Assembly: GCA_043228905.1 (NCBI GenBank)
Contig: JBHGNT010000016.1
Span: 6,572,001-6,636,000, forward strand
Direction of reading: 5' to 3'
Length of the DNA: 64,000 nt
From: Azolla caroliniana
Lineage: Eukaryota; Plantae; Polypodiophyta
Shown: positions 1-13,310 of the stretch, piece after piece
Layout: every line of letters begins with the position of its first letter
Position numbering within the stretch: position 1 is the first letter of the stretch
The notes under the pieces: generated by a model
Database searches by the model: none
What the model was told of the DNA's origin: nothing
Seen by the model: the letters and a program-made list of their open reading frames with translations, nothing else
Translations under genes and position numbers: made by a program

Positions 1-1631
1 TTTATGATAGAGAGTATCGTTCAAAAAACAGAAATTCTGACTATGAATGGCTAAACTTCTCCTTTTATCCGCCAATAGATGCTCAGATGGTAGCCCTGTT
101 GTAAGACAGATTGTCATCTCCGAGATCCAAGCATCCTTGCCTTCCTTATTTATTTCTTGTACCGGTACTGCTTCCACTCGAAAGAGTTGTCCATCCGGAA
201 AATCATCTGGCACACCTATGCCTTCTTCTCTCGACTCTAGTCGGCTAAGATAATCAACAATCTCATCATGTACTCCTGGCCGATGTAAAATGTCAAACTC
301 CAATTCTTGCAATAATAATGTCCATCGTGCTAGCTTACTAGTTAATTCTTGTTTAGAGACTAAATAGAGAAGAGCATAATGATCGACATGGAATGTAAAT
401 TTCTTGCCCAAAAGGTAGTGGCGAAATTTATTGATACTATAAATCATTCCTAACGCTTCCCTCTCGGTTGTTGAATAATTTCTTTCCGTTGTCGAGAGTT
501 TTCGACTAGCGTAATACACTGGTCTATACCAGTTTGGTTTGGATAACTGCATAAGTGCACTGCCGATTGCTATATCAGATGCATCAACGAACACATGGAA
601 GGGTTTATTCCAGTTAGGTGGTTGAACCACCGTAACTTTAGATAGCATTTTCTTGAGACACTCATACGCGTCTTGTTCCATAGTTGTCCATTGAAAAGGA
701 ACTTTATGCACCGTTGTGTGTAGAGGAATGACAACATCCACAAGAAATCTAATCATCCTGCTATGCCATCTAATCTGCCCCAAGAACCGACTAAGGCCCT
801 TAGCGTTTGTAGGTGTTGGTGCTTCTAATATGGTCCTAACCTTGTCTGGGTCAATTGCAATTCCTTCTTGGCCGACAATAGGGCCTAACAGTGTCCCATT
901 AGTAACTCCGAACGTGCATTTTGCCGGATTCAAGCTAAGCCGACCTTTCTGACATTGCTCCAAACATAGTCGTAAATGTTTGAAATGTTCCACTTTCAGA
1001 CTATATACGGCAAAATCATCTAGGAAAACTTGCATAAATGCAGGAATGTATTCCACAAAGATTTCCTGTATAACCCTTTGAAATGTGGCCGGAGCTGTTT
1101 TTAATCCGAACATCATTACTACTGCCACAAATACTCCCCATTTAGTAACGAAGGCTATCTTCTCTTGATCCTCTGGATGCATCCTTACCTGATTATATCC
1201 ACTAAATCCATCCAGGAAACTGTACATTTCATGACTAGCGACTGCATCCGATATCCCATTCGTAAACGGTAATGGAAATGCGTCCGTTACTGTTGCTGCA
1301 TTTAGTTTTCGATAGTCGACGCATACTCAAAATTTTTCATTCTTTTTCCGAACAACTACAATCGGACTTAGCCATGTAGCTTTTATTACCGGTCAAATAA
1401 ACCCTACCTTCAGGAGTTTATCTATTTCCTCTTTAACTTTAATTGCCTAATTAGGATTTAAATGATACCTGCGTTGTTGAACTGGTTTTGCATATTTATG
1501 CAAGTTAATTTGGTGTTGCCAGAAAGCCGGATCTAGCCCTTTCATGTCTTCAAAAGACCAAGCAAAAACATCCTTATATTGCTTTAGAAACCCAAGTAAC
1601 CTTTGTTTATCCGCCACTCTCATATCTTTAG

Positions 1632-2280
1632 TGACGAGAAATATGCGGAATAATCTCCGGCCACAACTGAAGCGTAGATCACTTGATGACAATCAAACAC
1701 AGAAGAAATGGGGATGGAGGTAAGTACACAAACAAAAAGAGAATACACAGAATGTTAACGTGGAAAACCCTGACAGGGAAAAACCACGGGAGTCCACAGA
1801 CTCCAAACTATCACTATGTCAAGGAGTACAACAGGCAGCACAGAGGCAACGACCTCTTGCTTACAATCTTCGCCTGGCGGCGGTTACAACAGAGACATGC
1901 TATGTATCAGTCACTCACTCACACACACTCTCTCTCTCGGTACAGTCATTACACCAATTACACTATACAAAGATAATAACAACAACTATCGTTATACACA
2001 CTGTTTGCCCTAGGTCACATTTATACTAATATGACATTAGGACTATTTATAGATATAACCCCAATGGGCTCTCAGAAACATATCTACATATATGTCCCTT
2101 CATCCGGTGAGAGGTTCTCACCGGGCCTGCAACATCCGGTTCTCACCGGTTCTTCCTTGCCGGGTACTCGTCATCCGGTTCTCACTGGGTCATCCTTGTC
2201 GGGTACTCGTCATCCGGTTCTCACCGGGTCTTCTGATGCCGGTCCTTCGTATCCCATCCGGAGGGACCGAGATCCTAACA
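1632..2280 (-). repeat. 3' LTR of the Tork-like Copia (649 bp)
   Basis: Direct repeat of 5545-6317; adjacent to the PPT. Confidence 0.95.
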
Positions 2281-2419
2281 AACTCCCCTTTCACTCTGTC
2301 ATGGGATGCCTCGTCAATCCGATCCGCTTCCGGCATGCGTCTAGCTTGTCGGGCGTCAGCACCTTGGTCAGCATATCCGACCCGTTCTCCTCCGTGTGGA
2401 TCTTCGTCAGCACGAACTC

Positions 2420-5400
2420 TCAGTCTTCTACTCGCTCCCGAATCCAGTGGTACCTCCGCTGGATGTGCTTCGTCCTGGAATGGTATGTTGCGTTCTTCGC
2501 AAGGTGGATGGCACTTTGACTATCGCAATAGAGCCAGTATTCCTCTTGCCGGATCCCTAGCTCTTCGATGAAGTCCTTCATCCATAGTATTTCCTTGCCG
2601 GCTTCCACAGCCGCCATGTACTCCGCTTCCGTGGTTGACAACGCAACCGTCTTCTACAGCCTCGATTGCCACAAAACAACTCTCCCCGCATATGTCATGA
2701 CATATCCGGATGTTGACCGGCTGGTATTCGCATCAATTAACATATCCGAATCGGTGAAACCGTCAAGTTGGGGTTTACCGGAGCCGAATCGGAGACACAT
2801 ACTTGAGGTGCCTTTCAAGTATCGGAGTATCCATTTTACCGCATTCCAGTGCTCCTTGCCGGGATTGCTCATAAACCAGCTCACCACTCCGACTGCATAT
2901 CCGATATCCGGTCAGGTAAACACGATTGCGTACATTAGGCTCCCGACGGCAGAGGCATATGGTATCGTCATCATATCCGCCTTCTCTGCCTTCGTCTTCG
3001 GGCTTTGCTTACCAGATAACCTGCAGTTTGCTGGAAGTGTTGATCCGACCGGTTTCGCATCTGACATGTTGAACCGCTGAAGCACCTTTGTCACGTACTT
3101 CTCCTATGACAACCACAAATGCTTTGTTGGCCGGTCCCGGATGATATGCATCCCCAACATCTGTCTTGCCGGACCCAAGTCTTTCATTAAGAAGGTCCAG
3201 TTTAGGGCCTTCTTCAGCATCCGTATCTTGACTTGGTCTCATCCAACGATCAACATGTCATCCACGTACAAGAGGAGTATCAGGAAGTCTCCACCTTCGA
3301 ACTGCTTCACAAATACGCAGTGATCCGCCTGCGTCTTGTGGTACCCTTGATCGGTCATGAAGGAGTCGAACTTCTGGTACCATTGCCAGGGAGCCTGCTT
3401 CAACCCGTAGAGGCTCTTTTTTAACCGGCAAACCAGGTACTCCTTCCCTTTCTTCACAAATCCCTCCGGTTGCTGCATGTAGATCTCCTCTTCAAGGTTG
3501 CCATGGAGAAACGTCGTCTTCACGTCTAACTGCTCTACCTCGAGGTCCATGCTTGCCGCTATGCTCAGCACCGTCCGGATCGAAGTCATCTTTACTACCG
3601 GGGCAAATATCTCGTCGAATTCCACGCCCTTCTTCTGCTGGAACCCCTTCACCGTGATCTTGGCTTTGTACCTTGGAGGGTTGCCGGCATCTCCCAGTTT
3701 CAACTTGTACACCCACTTGTTTCGGAGTGCCCTCTTTCCTTTTGGCAACTCCACCAATTCATACGTGTGGTTCTCATGTAGGGAATCCATCTCGTCTTGC
3801 ATGGCACTCAACCACTTGCGGCTATGGGTGTCATCCTTCGCTTCTTCGAAGCTTTCCGGCTCCCCCTCATTGGTCAGCAGCACATGCTCTGCATCCGGAA
3901 ATCTTCAGGGGGCCCTTCTCTCTCTAAGAGGATATCTCCGTCTTTGGCTTTCGGCAACCGACTCCTCTATTTGTTCTTCATCCGAATCCGATTCGGGGTC
4001 TTGGTCGGTTCCGGTTTCAGCTTCCTCTACTTCTTCTTCTGCCAGTTCGGTATCCTCACCGTAACCGGCTGGTTCCTCGACTGTCAACCGGCTTTTAGTT
4101 GCGTGGGTCCGAATCTCATCGGAGTTCATTATCTTCTTCTCCGACTCCCAGTCGGCAAGAGTCTTGTCCTCCATGAAGATAATATCTCGGCTCCGGAAAA
4201 CCTTCTTGTCAACCGGATCCCACACTCAGTAGCCGAACTCATCATCATTGTATCCGAGGAATATGCATGGCCGGGTCTTTGGATCCAACTTTCCTCTCCG
4301 GTCCTTAGCAACATGCACGTACGCGAGACACCCGAACACCTTCAAATGCCGGTAGGACACTTCCTTACCGGTCCACACCTTTTCCGGCGTGTCTCCATCC
4401 AAGGGCACTTAGGGTGATCTGTTTATCACATATGTCGTTGTCGACAGCGCCTCAGCCCAAAATGTCTTGGGTAGTTTAGCATGTGCTAGCATACTCTGGA
4501 CCCTCTCCATTATGGTCCGGTTCATCCTCTCGGCTAGCCCGTTTAGTTCCGGCGTCGTCGGCACGGTAAATTTGAGCCGGATTCCCTTCGAGTGGCAGTA
4601 CTCCTCAAACTGCCCCCGGTATTCCCCTCCGTTATCTACTAGAACCGCCTTCAGCTTCCGTCTAGTTTCTCTTTCCACTCTTGCGTGGAGCTCCTTGAAG
4701 AAGGATAACACCTGATCCTTCGTCTTCAACGGTGTGACCCACAGCCTCCTACCGTGGTCATCTCTAAACGTCACAAAGTACTGCGCTCCAGCATGGGACT
4801 TCGTGTCCACTTGACACACATCGGTGTGTACCAACTCCAATGGTGCATTATGTCTCATGACTGGCCTTGATTGGAAGGAGGTCCGATTTTGCTTACCGGC
4901 TAGGAAGTCGGTGCACCTCTCAAGCGCTTTGGAGTCGGAGCTCGCATCCTTGTCTTTCCGACACGCCTCCTCATCTAGCAAGCTCGACTTCACTCTTGCT
5001 AGGGATAACCGTTTCCCTTCCGGTCCGGTGTTGCCCAAAGTGACAACCAACGTCTCCCAACTATCTAGGAGGGAACCGAGCATGAGTAGTGCTAGTACCT
5101 CATCGGCGAGAGGTACTTCCAATAATGTTGCCTGGTGGATCAGCCCCTGGAAGGCATTCATGTGCTCCGCCATGCTGGAGCCATCTTGGTACCAGAGTCT
5201 TTCTAGCTTCCGAAATACCGAAACCTGATTAACAACATTTTTGTTCTGAAACATAATGTTGATCTTCTCCTAGAGCTCATGAGCCTTGCTCTCTTCATTG
5301 AAGTTGTTGTATAGACTCATGTCGATGAAGCACCGTATGTACGCCATTGTCTTCATGTGCATCACCTCCCATATCGTGGCATCGATTTTGTCCGGTCTCT

Positions 5401-5503
5401 TGTCCCCGAACTGAACATGCCTCTTTAACCACGAGCATATCCCTCATCTTTGACTTCCCCACTTAGTAGTTGGAGCTGGTGAGCTTGAACATGCCTCCCA
5501 ACG
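2420..5503 (-). pseudogene. Copia gag-integrase-RT-RNase H polyprotein, fragmented, protease region missing
   Basis: ORFs 4409-5254, 4226-4408, 3905-4225, 3239-3883, 2912-3094, 2654-2887 and 2420-2641 in Copia domain order. Confidence 0.92.
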
Positions 5504-5544
5504 AATCGTCCATTTTTCTGTGTCGTTTCGTTCTGATACCAATT

Positions 5545-6317
5545 TGACGAGAAATATGCGGAATAATCTCCGGCCACAACCGAAGCGTAGATCACTTGAT
5601 AACAATCAAACACAAGAGAAATGGGGATGGAGGTAAGTACACAAACAAAAAGAGAATACACAGGATGTTAACGTGGAAAACCTTGACAGGGAAAAACTAC
5701 GGGAGTCCACAGACTCCAAACTATCACTATGTCAAGGAGTACAACAGGGAGCACAAAGGCAGCGACCTCTTACTCACAATCTTCGCCTAGCGGCGGTTAC
5801 AACAGAGACATGCTCTGTATCGCTCTCGCTCTCTCTCTCTCTCTCAGTACAGTCGTTACACCAATTACACTGTACAAAGATAATAACAACAACTATCGTT
5901 ATACACACTGTTTGCCCTAGGTCGCATTTATACTAATATGACATTAGGACTATTTACAGATATAGCCCCAATGGGCTCTCATAAACATATCTACATATAT
6001 GTCCCGGATGACATATATGTCCCTTCATCCGGTGAGAGGTTCTCACCGGGCCTGCAACATCCGCTTCTCATCGGGTCTTCCTTGCCGGGTACTCGTCATC
6101 CGGTTCTCACCGGGTCTGCATCATCCGGTTCTCACTGGGTCATCCTTGTCGGGTACTCGTCATCCGGTTCTCACCGGGTCTGCATCATCCAGTTGCCGGG
6201 TACTCCACATCTGGTTCTCACCGGGTCTTCCATTGTCGGGTACTCCACATCCGGTTCTCACCGGGTTTTCCGATGTCGGGCCTTCGTATCCCATCCGGAG
6301 TGACCGAGATCCTAACA
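5545..6317 (-). repeat. 5' LTR of the Tork-like Copia (773 bp)
   Basis: Direct repeat of 1632-2280 with extra CATCCGGTTCTCACCGGG units; adjacent to the PBS. Confidence 0.95.
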
Positions 6318-8753
6318 TTTAGCTACCAACACTATTTTTGTTTCAAACCCCTTATCATCTTCTGCCAAATTTACTTTCTCCAATGCCGAATCCTGGACCC
6401 GTTGAGATACCTTCATTTCTCTTTTGGTAGCTTCCTGCTGCAATCGGATTTCTTTCATTGTTTGCTCATCTAATGGTAATTCCTCTTGTGAATCCATGTA
6501 TGGTGTCAAGTCTTGTAATATATCTACTTCGAACAAAGGGAGAATTTTTGGGTTATCATTAAAATAATGATTCTCTTCGACCTCATCTAGTCCTTCCATC
6601 ATATTTACGGCCTCCGCATGAATTGGCAAACATTGTTTGCTCGTCGTAATCTTATTCTGAGTAGACACCTGGATTTTCGTCTTGCCTTTCCGGAATGTTA
6701 ATAAATTCTGATTCCAATTTTGCTTAATATTAGCAATTTTTAACCATGGTCGACCTAATAGCAAAGGATATGCTGCAGGAGCTTCCAAATGAAGCACCAC
6801 TGCTGATATTTGAAAAGTGTGACCTCCTAATACAACATCCAACTGCCGCAGTAACCCGATTGGTCCTACCGTACTAGTATCAGCCATCCTTAGCCAAAAT
6901 GGACATGCTTCCCATTTGGTAATGCCAAGCCTATCACAAGTAGTTCTATTAATTACATTCACGCCTGAGCCACCATCGACAATAGCACCTTCTATTTCTT
7001 GCCCATGGATTATGACTTTAATAGAAGGATTTTGTTCATCCATAATTGAAGGATTATTACTTGGTTGATTATAGTGAACGTCTACATGTTCTGTCCCTTT
7101 TTGGGCAATTAACGTCACCACTTTCTCTGTGAACCTAGGAACTAATTTGAGTAATCCCATCACAGGTTATGATACATGGCAATCCGCCAAAATTTTCCAC
7201 TTTCTTCTTGTTCTGGTACGACCATAACTCCGGGCAATTCATTAGCTTGATTAATCTCATTATCTTCGAGCATTTGGGACACATTGTTTTTATTCGCTTC
7301 TTCTACCCATTCCTTAGCTGCTTTCTTAACAGATTCCTAAATTTCCCACTTTGATTGTTTACTTTTACTTTTGGTGGTCACTTGCTGAATTTCCGACATG
7401 ACCATGTGCACAACTGGTGTTTTTCCTTTTCCTTTAGACAGACATTGATTTGCATAATGTCCCTCCTGTCGACAAATATAGCAGGTAGGAACAAATGTTC
7501 CACTCCCTTCGCCTTGCGCAAACTGATGATTTCCATCTTTATTCGAATCTGGGGGTTGTTGAAATTGTCGTGACGCTTTTTGCTTATAGAATTTTTAAAT
7601 ATTCTTATAGCGATTTTGTTTAAACCGACCTCCATTGTGTTGTTGATAGTCGTTATCTTGTGCCGCCGAAAAATCTTGATTATATTGATAATTATTTTGT
7701 CGAGCGGTTTCTTGGTACCCATTATTGAATATATGTCGGTTAGTTTGGTACCCATTTTTCGGAAAAATTTGCCGTACCGGTGTTGTTGTTTTGTTAAGAA
7801 GATTATATTCACATTGCTCGACCGAATGAAGTTTAGAATGACATATTGTGCAATGTGTTCGTAAACTACATTCTATTGCCGAATACCCAGTATTCAAACA
7901 AATCGTACATTGAACTGCTTGGCAAAACTGCAACTCCTCTCGAGTTGGCAACATATTATGTAATGCCGACACATCCATACTCCTTACATTTTTCGGATTC
8001 CGGCCCATAACGATTGCTTTATCAATCACTTGCTCGATCATCTGATTCCGGAAATCGAACATTGCTAATATTGTTCGTAATGGTTCACGAATTGCTTCAA
8101 GGAATACATCCTTCAATTCGTTGTCCGGAATAGGCTTGGAAATCTGGAGTTGTAAATTCTGAAAACGGATAACAAATTTAGACACCGTTTCATGCGGCTC
8201 CTGATACAACGCATAAAATTGTGCTATTAGATCCTTTGGAGGAATTTGACGATGAAATAATTGCAGAAATTTGGTGTTTAATTGTCAAATGTTTCGAATG
8301 CATGGAAACCATTTTGCACAAACCAATTAGCGGACTGACCATCTAATGACAAAACAAACTCAGCAATTTTAGACCTATCTTCGGCTACTACCGATCGCCT
8401 CTGAGTTCCGTGGTTAATTTCCCATGTCGTCAAGAAATCCCTAACATGCGCTTCTGCATCAACACCTTCCCGAAATTTAGAATACGGGTAAGGCATATTG
8501 TCTTCACTCTAGATATCGTAAAATGATATCTCTTCCTGATTTTCGTCTTACTGACTATCAGTTAAATCGGGGAGCGCAGACCACCTTCTACTTGTTTCTA
8601 GCTGTAACTCTACAGCCGAATCTTTTTCTAGTGTCTTCGTATTCGATCGTGTACGAGGACGTTTACAACTGACTAGTGTATCTGAACCAAACGACATCCA
8701 TTCGACTTGTTCTCTGCTAGCTGCAGATGTAACCGAGCGTGGCAAAATTTTAC

Positions 8754-9148
8754 TGTGTTGTTCGGTCGACGATAACTATTGCCGACACAGTATAGGTTGA
8801 ACGTTACTCACAGAACTTTCTATTAATGAATTGTGGTTTAGATGAATAGATACTAAAATGGTTGTAAACTTATCGATGTTCAGCAGGCATTGAGATCGTT
8901 ATTTACGTAATAAGTTATAACAGAGATTTCCTAAACTAACTTTATATTACTAAATAAAATGATAGCTTTTTACACTGCCTTCGATTCCTTTTATAGGCAA
9001 CCGGAAGAACTTTCTCATCAAGAAAACATATTGCCAAACATGGCAAGAACTACAAATTCTTTAACTAACTTATAATTTCAGTTTTAATTTACTTCGGCCA
9101 AATGCTGACTCATCGATCCTCTATATCGATCCAAATCCGACTCCAACA
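8754..9148 (-). repeat. Putative 5' LTR of the Gypsy element
   Basis: TG...CA ends (tgtgttg...ctccaaca) with a degenerate PBS-like TGCCACGCTCGG on the minus strand at ~8732-8743; the partner LTR is outside the window, so the ends are approximate. Confidence 0.5.
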
Positions 9149-9652
9149 CTTCCCCACTTGTCTGGGTAACACAAAAGAGCCTCAAGTTGAGCTTGAGGGG
9201 GAGTGTTGAGATATAAGCTCAACATTGGCCGGATTGGCTATGCAAGCCGAGAACCGGATTGGTTGGGACCTATCGGTTACGCCAGACCAGGTGCGTAAAC
9301 CAGTGCGCAAACTGGTGCGCAACGAGAAGCCATAGTGGTGCTTAAACCGTGAGGCCATTGGAAAGATATTCCGCGTAGGAATATATTTTAGGAGTTAGTG
9401 TAGAGATCAGTTATGAGCATTGAAGTACGTGTCAGTACTTCTGTCAGTCCGTATGGACTTGTATAAAAGTGCTCACTGAGCACATTCTATGTACAGACAG
9501 AGTATTATTTTTTTAATAGAGTTGTGTGTATTGACTCTCTCCCCCTCTCTCTCTCTGTCTCTCCTACGTACTGTGTGTGTCCAAGCTCTCCATTAAACTT
9601 GTGTTTTCCTACGTTCTGCTCTTTGTTGCTTCCGCACGTTGTTCTTTTCACA
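9149..9652 (+). mobile_element. 3' end (PPT plus LTR 9204-9652) of a Copia related to the 21196-26836 element
   Basis: CTTGAGGGGGAG|TGTTGAG...TTTTCACA; colinear with the reverse complement of LTR 21196-21583 (shared ggaaagatattcc and gacttgtataaaagtgctcactgagcac). Confidence 0.88.
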
Positions 9653-10853
9653 CTATCCTTCGGGAATGGGAGTCAATGTTGTTTGTCGAGTTGGCATGCT
9701 TCGCACACTCAATTGACTTGTTTTGACTCGAAGGTCGGAAGTCCGATGACAACTCCCTTTGTTTGCATAGCTCAGAGTTGTTGGAGGTTTATGTGGCCGA
9801 TTCTCTTGTGCCACAACTCGATGCTTGTCTTGGTTTTGAGACCTTCGAATTAAGGATGAACATTTGACCATCTCTTCATCCTTTAGCTATGAGTTAGCCA
9901 TCTTTCTCGATGAAGCATCCTTCGTTGTTGAAACGAACTTGTATGCCTTGCTCCACAATTTGGCCGAACGAGACCAAATTCTTTGTTATTGTGGGCATGT
10001 GCAAGACATTCTTGTGCATTTATTTTGGCCGTCGTTGCCGAATGGAACGTTGCCGATGTACCGATTCGGATGTGTGGTGTCGTAACCCATCTCTATGACG
10101 TCGGGTCAATCGGGTGTGCGCAAATCACGGAACCACTCTTCGTGGGATGTCATATGATGTGAGGCGCCAGAATCAACGAACCACATGTCTTTTGAGTTGG
10201 AGGTGCTTGTGGAGTCGAAAGCCGTCATAGAGTTCACTCTATGTCTCATTACGAATTCGAGAAGAACATTTGTCCTTCTGATGTCTTGGTTTTGGTTTGG
10301 ACGTGGCTCTCTTCAACCAGTAGCATTGATTGAAGCAGGAAGAACGGAGGCTTTTCCCTCACCAAGATTGCCATCCTCAACGAGTCAAATCGTTGTGTGA
10401 GGCCACCCAAGCATACTTGAACCATCTCGTCTTCGTCGACATTTATGTAGATGGAGCCAAGCGAGTCGCAAATGCTCTTGATCTTGGCGGTGTAGTCTGA
10501 CACAGACGTGTCTTTTTGCCGAATGTTGTTCAACTCTTGTCGGAGTTGAAGCTTTCGGGCGATTGTGTTGGCGGCAAACATTTTCTTTAAGTTCTCCCAC
10601 ACCTCTTTGGGCGTCTTGGCGTCTCGAATGTGGCTAAGCATGTGGTCGTGGACACATGTTGCCAAGCAATACATGACTTGACTCGCCGCTTGCTCCAATG
10701 TTGAGTAGTTGGCATTCTTTGGGCCGAGTCAATTTTCTTGAGCGTCGTTGATGTAGCTCCAATACCCTTGGTGGACAAGGTATTGGTTCATCTTGTACTC
10801 CCAAGATGAATAATTACTCCGGTCTAGCTTTTCACTACGGAGCGAGCTACCCA
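9653..10853 (-). pseudogene. Copia gag-protease-pre-integrase fragment
   Basis: ORF 10249-10698 is homologous to gag of 24847-26376 (DAKTPKEVWENLKKMFAA); WFVDSGASHHMT at ~10150-10185; CEACQ near 9700. Confidence 0.88.
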
Positions 10854-11069
10854 TTTGTGTGTTCATTTTAATGTAGTGTCTTCTCTTTTTTTATTTTCTT
10901 CATTCGATCACGTACACGTGCTCCGTCAGGGCGATCATAGTATGATATTATGTCCTAATCATAGAACATAATATTTGTGTTCGTGCAAGCATTCAAACGA
11001 TTGAAAATGTTTGAAAAGAGAAAAATACGTGCTCCTTTTTTTTTCTTTTTTTTCATGTTTTTTATCACA

Positions 11070-11570
11070 AGTATAGGTCATCCTAGTGGTAACAAGACAT
11101 ACTATTGTTGTCTATGTCTTGTGTTTGAGTCCCAATTTTCTCATCTCTCTCTTGTTAGTACCATAGCAAAATTTTATATTTGTTTTTTTGTTTTTTTTCA
11201 TTTTCTGTTATTAGAAATAAGCTTAACCTAGTGGTAAATTGCCATGCTACTATTGCTTGTGTCTTGAGTTAAATTCCCAACTTTCTCATATCCTCTTGTT
11301 AGTGTCATGTTACTTTTTCTTTTTCTTTTTGTTATTAGAAATTAGCTCACCCTAATGGTAAATTGCTATTCTACTACTGCCTATGTCATGTTTTCTTCAT
11401 ATTCTCGAATCTATGTATGTTTTATGACTTTTTAATCGTTTCTTTTTTCTTCTTTTTCTTTCTTTCTTTGTTATTAGAAATTAGCTCACACCCTAGTGAT
11501 AAATTGTTATGCTACAATTGCCTATGTCATGTTTTCTTCATATTCTCGAATGTACGTTTTATGAGTTTTT
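11070..11570. repeat. Degenerate AT-rich tandem repeat, about 4 units of 125-145 bp
   Basis: Recurring cctagtggtaaattgc...ctattgcctatgtc at ~11082, 11227, 11350 and 11491. Confidence 0.65.
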
Positions 11571-11924
11571 GAACATTTGATTATAATTTATAATTACATA
11601 ATTTGATTCAATCTCTATAGTTCATACTCCTTTTTTTGTAAAGTTCTAAAGTGAGGATGATAGAGATGTCTTGATTCTTAAGAAGCATCCCAAAAGTATG
11701 CATATAATACACTGCAAATAGTGCAACCATACTTATGTTGGTGGTTCACAATGGATTAGAGTCCATTTATTGGGATTGAGAGTGTATCAATATATAATAT
11801 AGACCATAGTCAATCCAATCCAACTTTGAGATTATTTACCATACACGTTTGATTGAATCATTCTCGAATGCGAATGCACGTATGATACGTATGGTTCATT
11901 CTATGGTCCTAATCATAACTTGAA

Positions 11925-12150
11925 TGGGGAGTTAAGCCTCAACCAGTTTGAGAGTTTCTAAACTTGAATCAAATCAGTTAAGGCTAAACTGACTTAGGAG
12001 CTGGTTTAGCTAAGCCGATTAAGCCTTTACCGGTTTGGCCCAAATTGGTTTGGTTTGGTTTGAGCCATCCCAAACCGAGCTAAACCAAACTAAACGGCCA
12101 AACCGTTTAAAAATGGTTTAACGGTTCGGCCTAAGTTTTCCCAACATTGT
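11925..12150. mobile_element. MITE-like remnant rich in AAACCG/CGGTTT motifs
   Basis: Clustered, inversely oriented aaaccg/cggttt motifs; no clean TIR or TSD found. Confidence 0.35.
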
Positions 12151-12477
12151 TGGCAAAAGTGCCAACTCTAACCAGAACGATAGCATTGTTCCTAGGACTT
12201 TGTTCCTAGGACACCAATGTTTAGGTTTGGTGTGCAAATTACAATTTCATGAATGTGTGCCTATAAAACTTCCAATCTTATTGGAATGACACCACCGTTA
12301 ACATTCTAAAATATTTGTTAATTGACCAAATGTACAAATGTAGACATTTTCATAAATTAAATAATATTTTTTTTGGATAAAGAGGTACAAATGTTTTTTA
12401 CGAGTCATTGTCATAAAAACGAATGTAACATTTGCTTAAAAACCACCACATATATCTGTCATGAAAAAAATATTAAA

Positions 12478-13310
12478 TTTTTTTTTTTTTCCCAAAAAGA
12501 AACTCCTTCCATTAGTTATCAAAATTTTACAAATGAGGCGATTATGTACAAATCCCTAAAGGGACGCGATAGTTCCATCTAATGTGGAAGCCCACTGACT
12601 CAAGAAAGGGAGAGGACGACCATTGTTGGATGAAGGCTATGCGTTGTCTTTCAACTCCCTCGGAGCCACCTTTAAGGCCATCATATTGGCTCTTCAGAGT
12701 GGCTACAATTTCACTCCATATCTCTTGCAGTAACCTTGTTGGATGGGTGGTTTGGTTGGAAAAGACTCGCCTACATCGTTGTTTCCATAGAATCCAAAGG
12801 GACGCGATAGTTCCATCTAATGTGGAAGCCCACTGACTCAAGAAAGGGAGAGGACGACCATTGTTGGATGAAGGCTATGCGTTGTCTTTCAACTCCCTCG
12901 GAGCCACCTTTAAGGCCATCATATTGGCTCTTCAGAGTGGCTACAATTTCACTCCATATCTCTTGCAGTAACCTTGTTGGATGGGTGGTTTGGTTGGAAA
13001 AGACTCGCCTACATCGTTGTTTCCATAGAATCCAAAGGGTTATTGAGCTAACCAATTCCAACACCTCTTGAGATTTGTCATTAAGAGGAAAATAGTGGAC
13101 ATTGTCGCTGGAGGAGAAAAGAACCTCTTGTGCTTTTATCACCAAAGTCATCCCCTCCTCCTGATGCTCGTATCGGCCAATTGCAGCCTGCCATGATAGC
13201 CAACATATATTTCCCCACTTGATTGAACCTTGCACCTGGCATAACTGCAACAATCGGCCAACCCCCCGCCATGTTCTATGGGACGTTGGGAAGTCCCTCT
13301 TCTATTCTAG
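12478..13310 (-). mobile_element. 5'-truncated L1-type LINE 3' end with an internal tandem duplication
   Basis: T13 (poly-A tail) at 12478-12490; ORF 12771-13253 TLWILWKQRCRRVF...RWNYRVP matches the C-termini of the other two L1 ORF2s. Confidence 0.85.

Larger units (their letters stand above)
1632..6317 (-). mobile_element. Ty1/Copia (Tnt1/Tork-like) LTR retrotransposon, internally deleted
   Basis: Two LTRs TGAC...AACA; TSD TTTAG at 1627-1631 and 6318-6322; PBS TGGTATCAGAAC (tRNA-iMet type) ~5530-5541; PPT AAGGGGAGTT ~2281-2290; integrase HTDVC/DNGGEY/ERMNRT, RT LYVDDML, and RNase H fragments with stop codons. Confidence 0.97.
1..9148 (-). mobile_element. Ty3/Gypsy non-chromovirus LTR retrotransposon (Phygy-like), decayed, runs off the left edge, interrupted by a Copia at 1632-6317
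   Basis: Gag ORFs 7595-8496 with CxxC knuckle-like motifs; protease AIVDGGSGVNVI in ORF 6312-7163; RT start YKDVFAWSFEDMKG (1447-1692); VFLDDF near 1020; RNase H segment ~300-600. The frame KIVLVAK|DMRVADK rejoins across the insertion. Confidence 0.9.

Noticed and set aside
9149-9160. PPT-like GGGGAAG before the Gypsy 5' LTR, suggesting a tandem element
   Set aside because: Too short, and Copia 3' sequence follows within 30 bp; simple nesting explains it.
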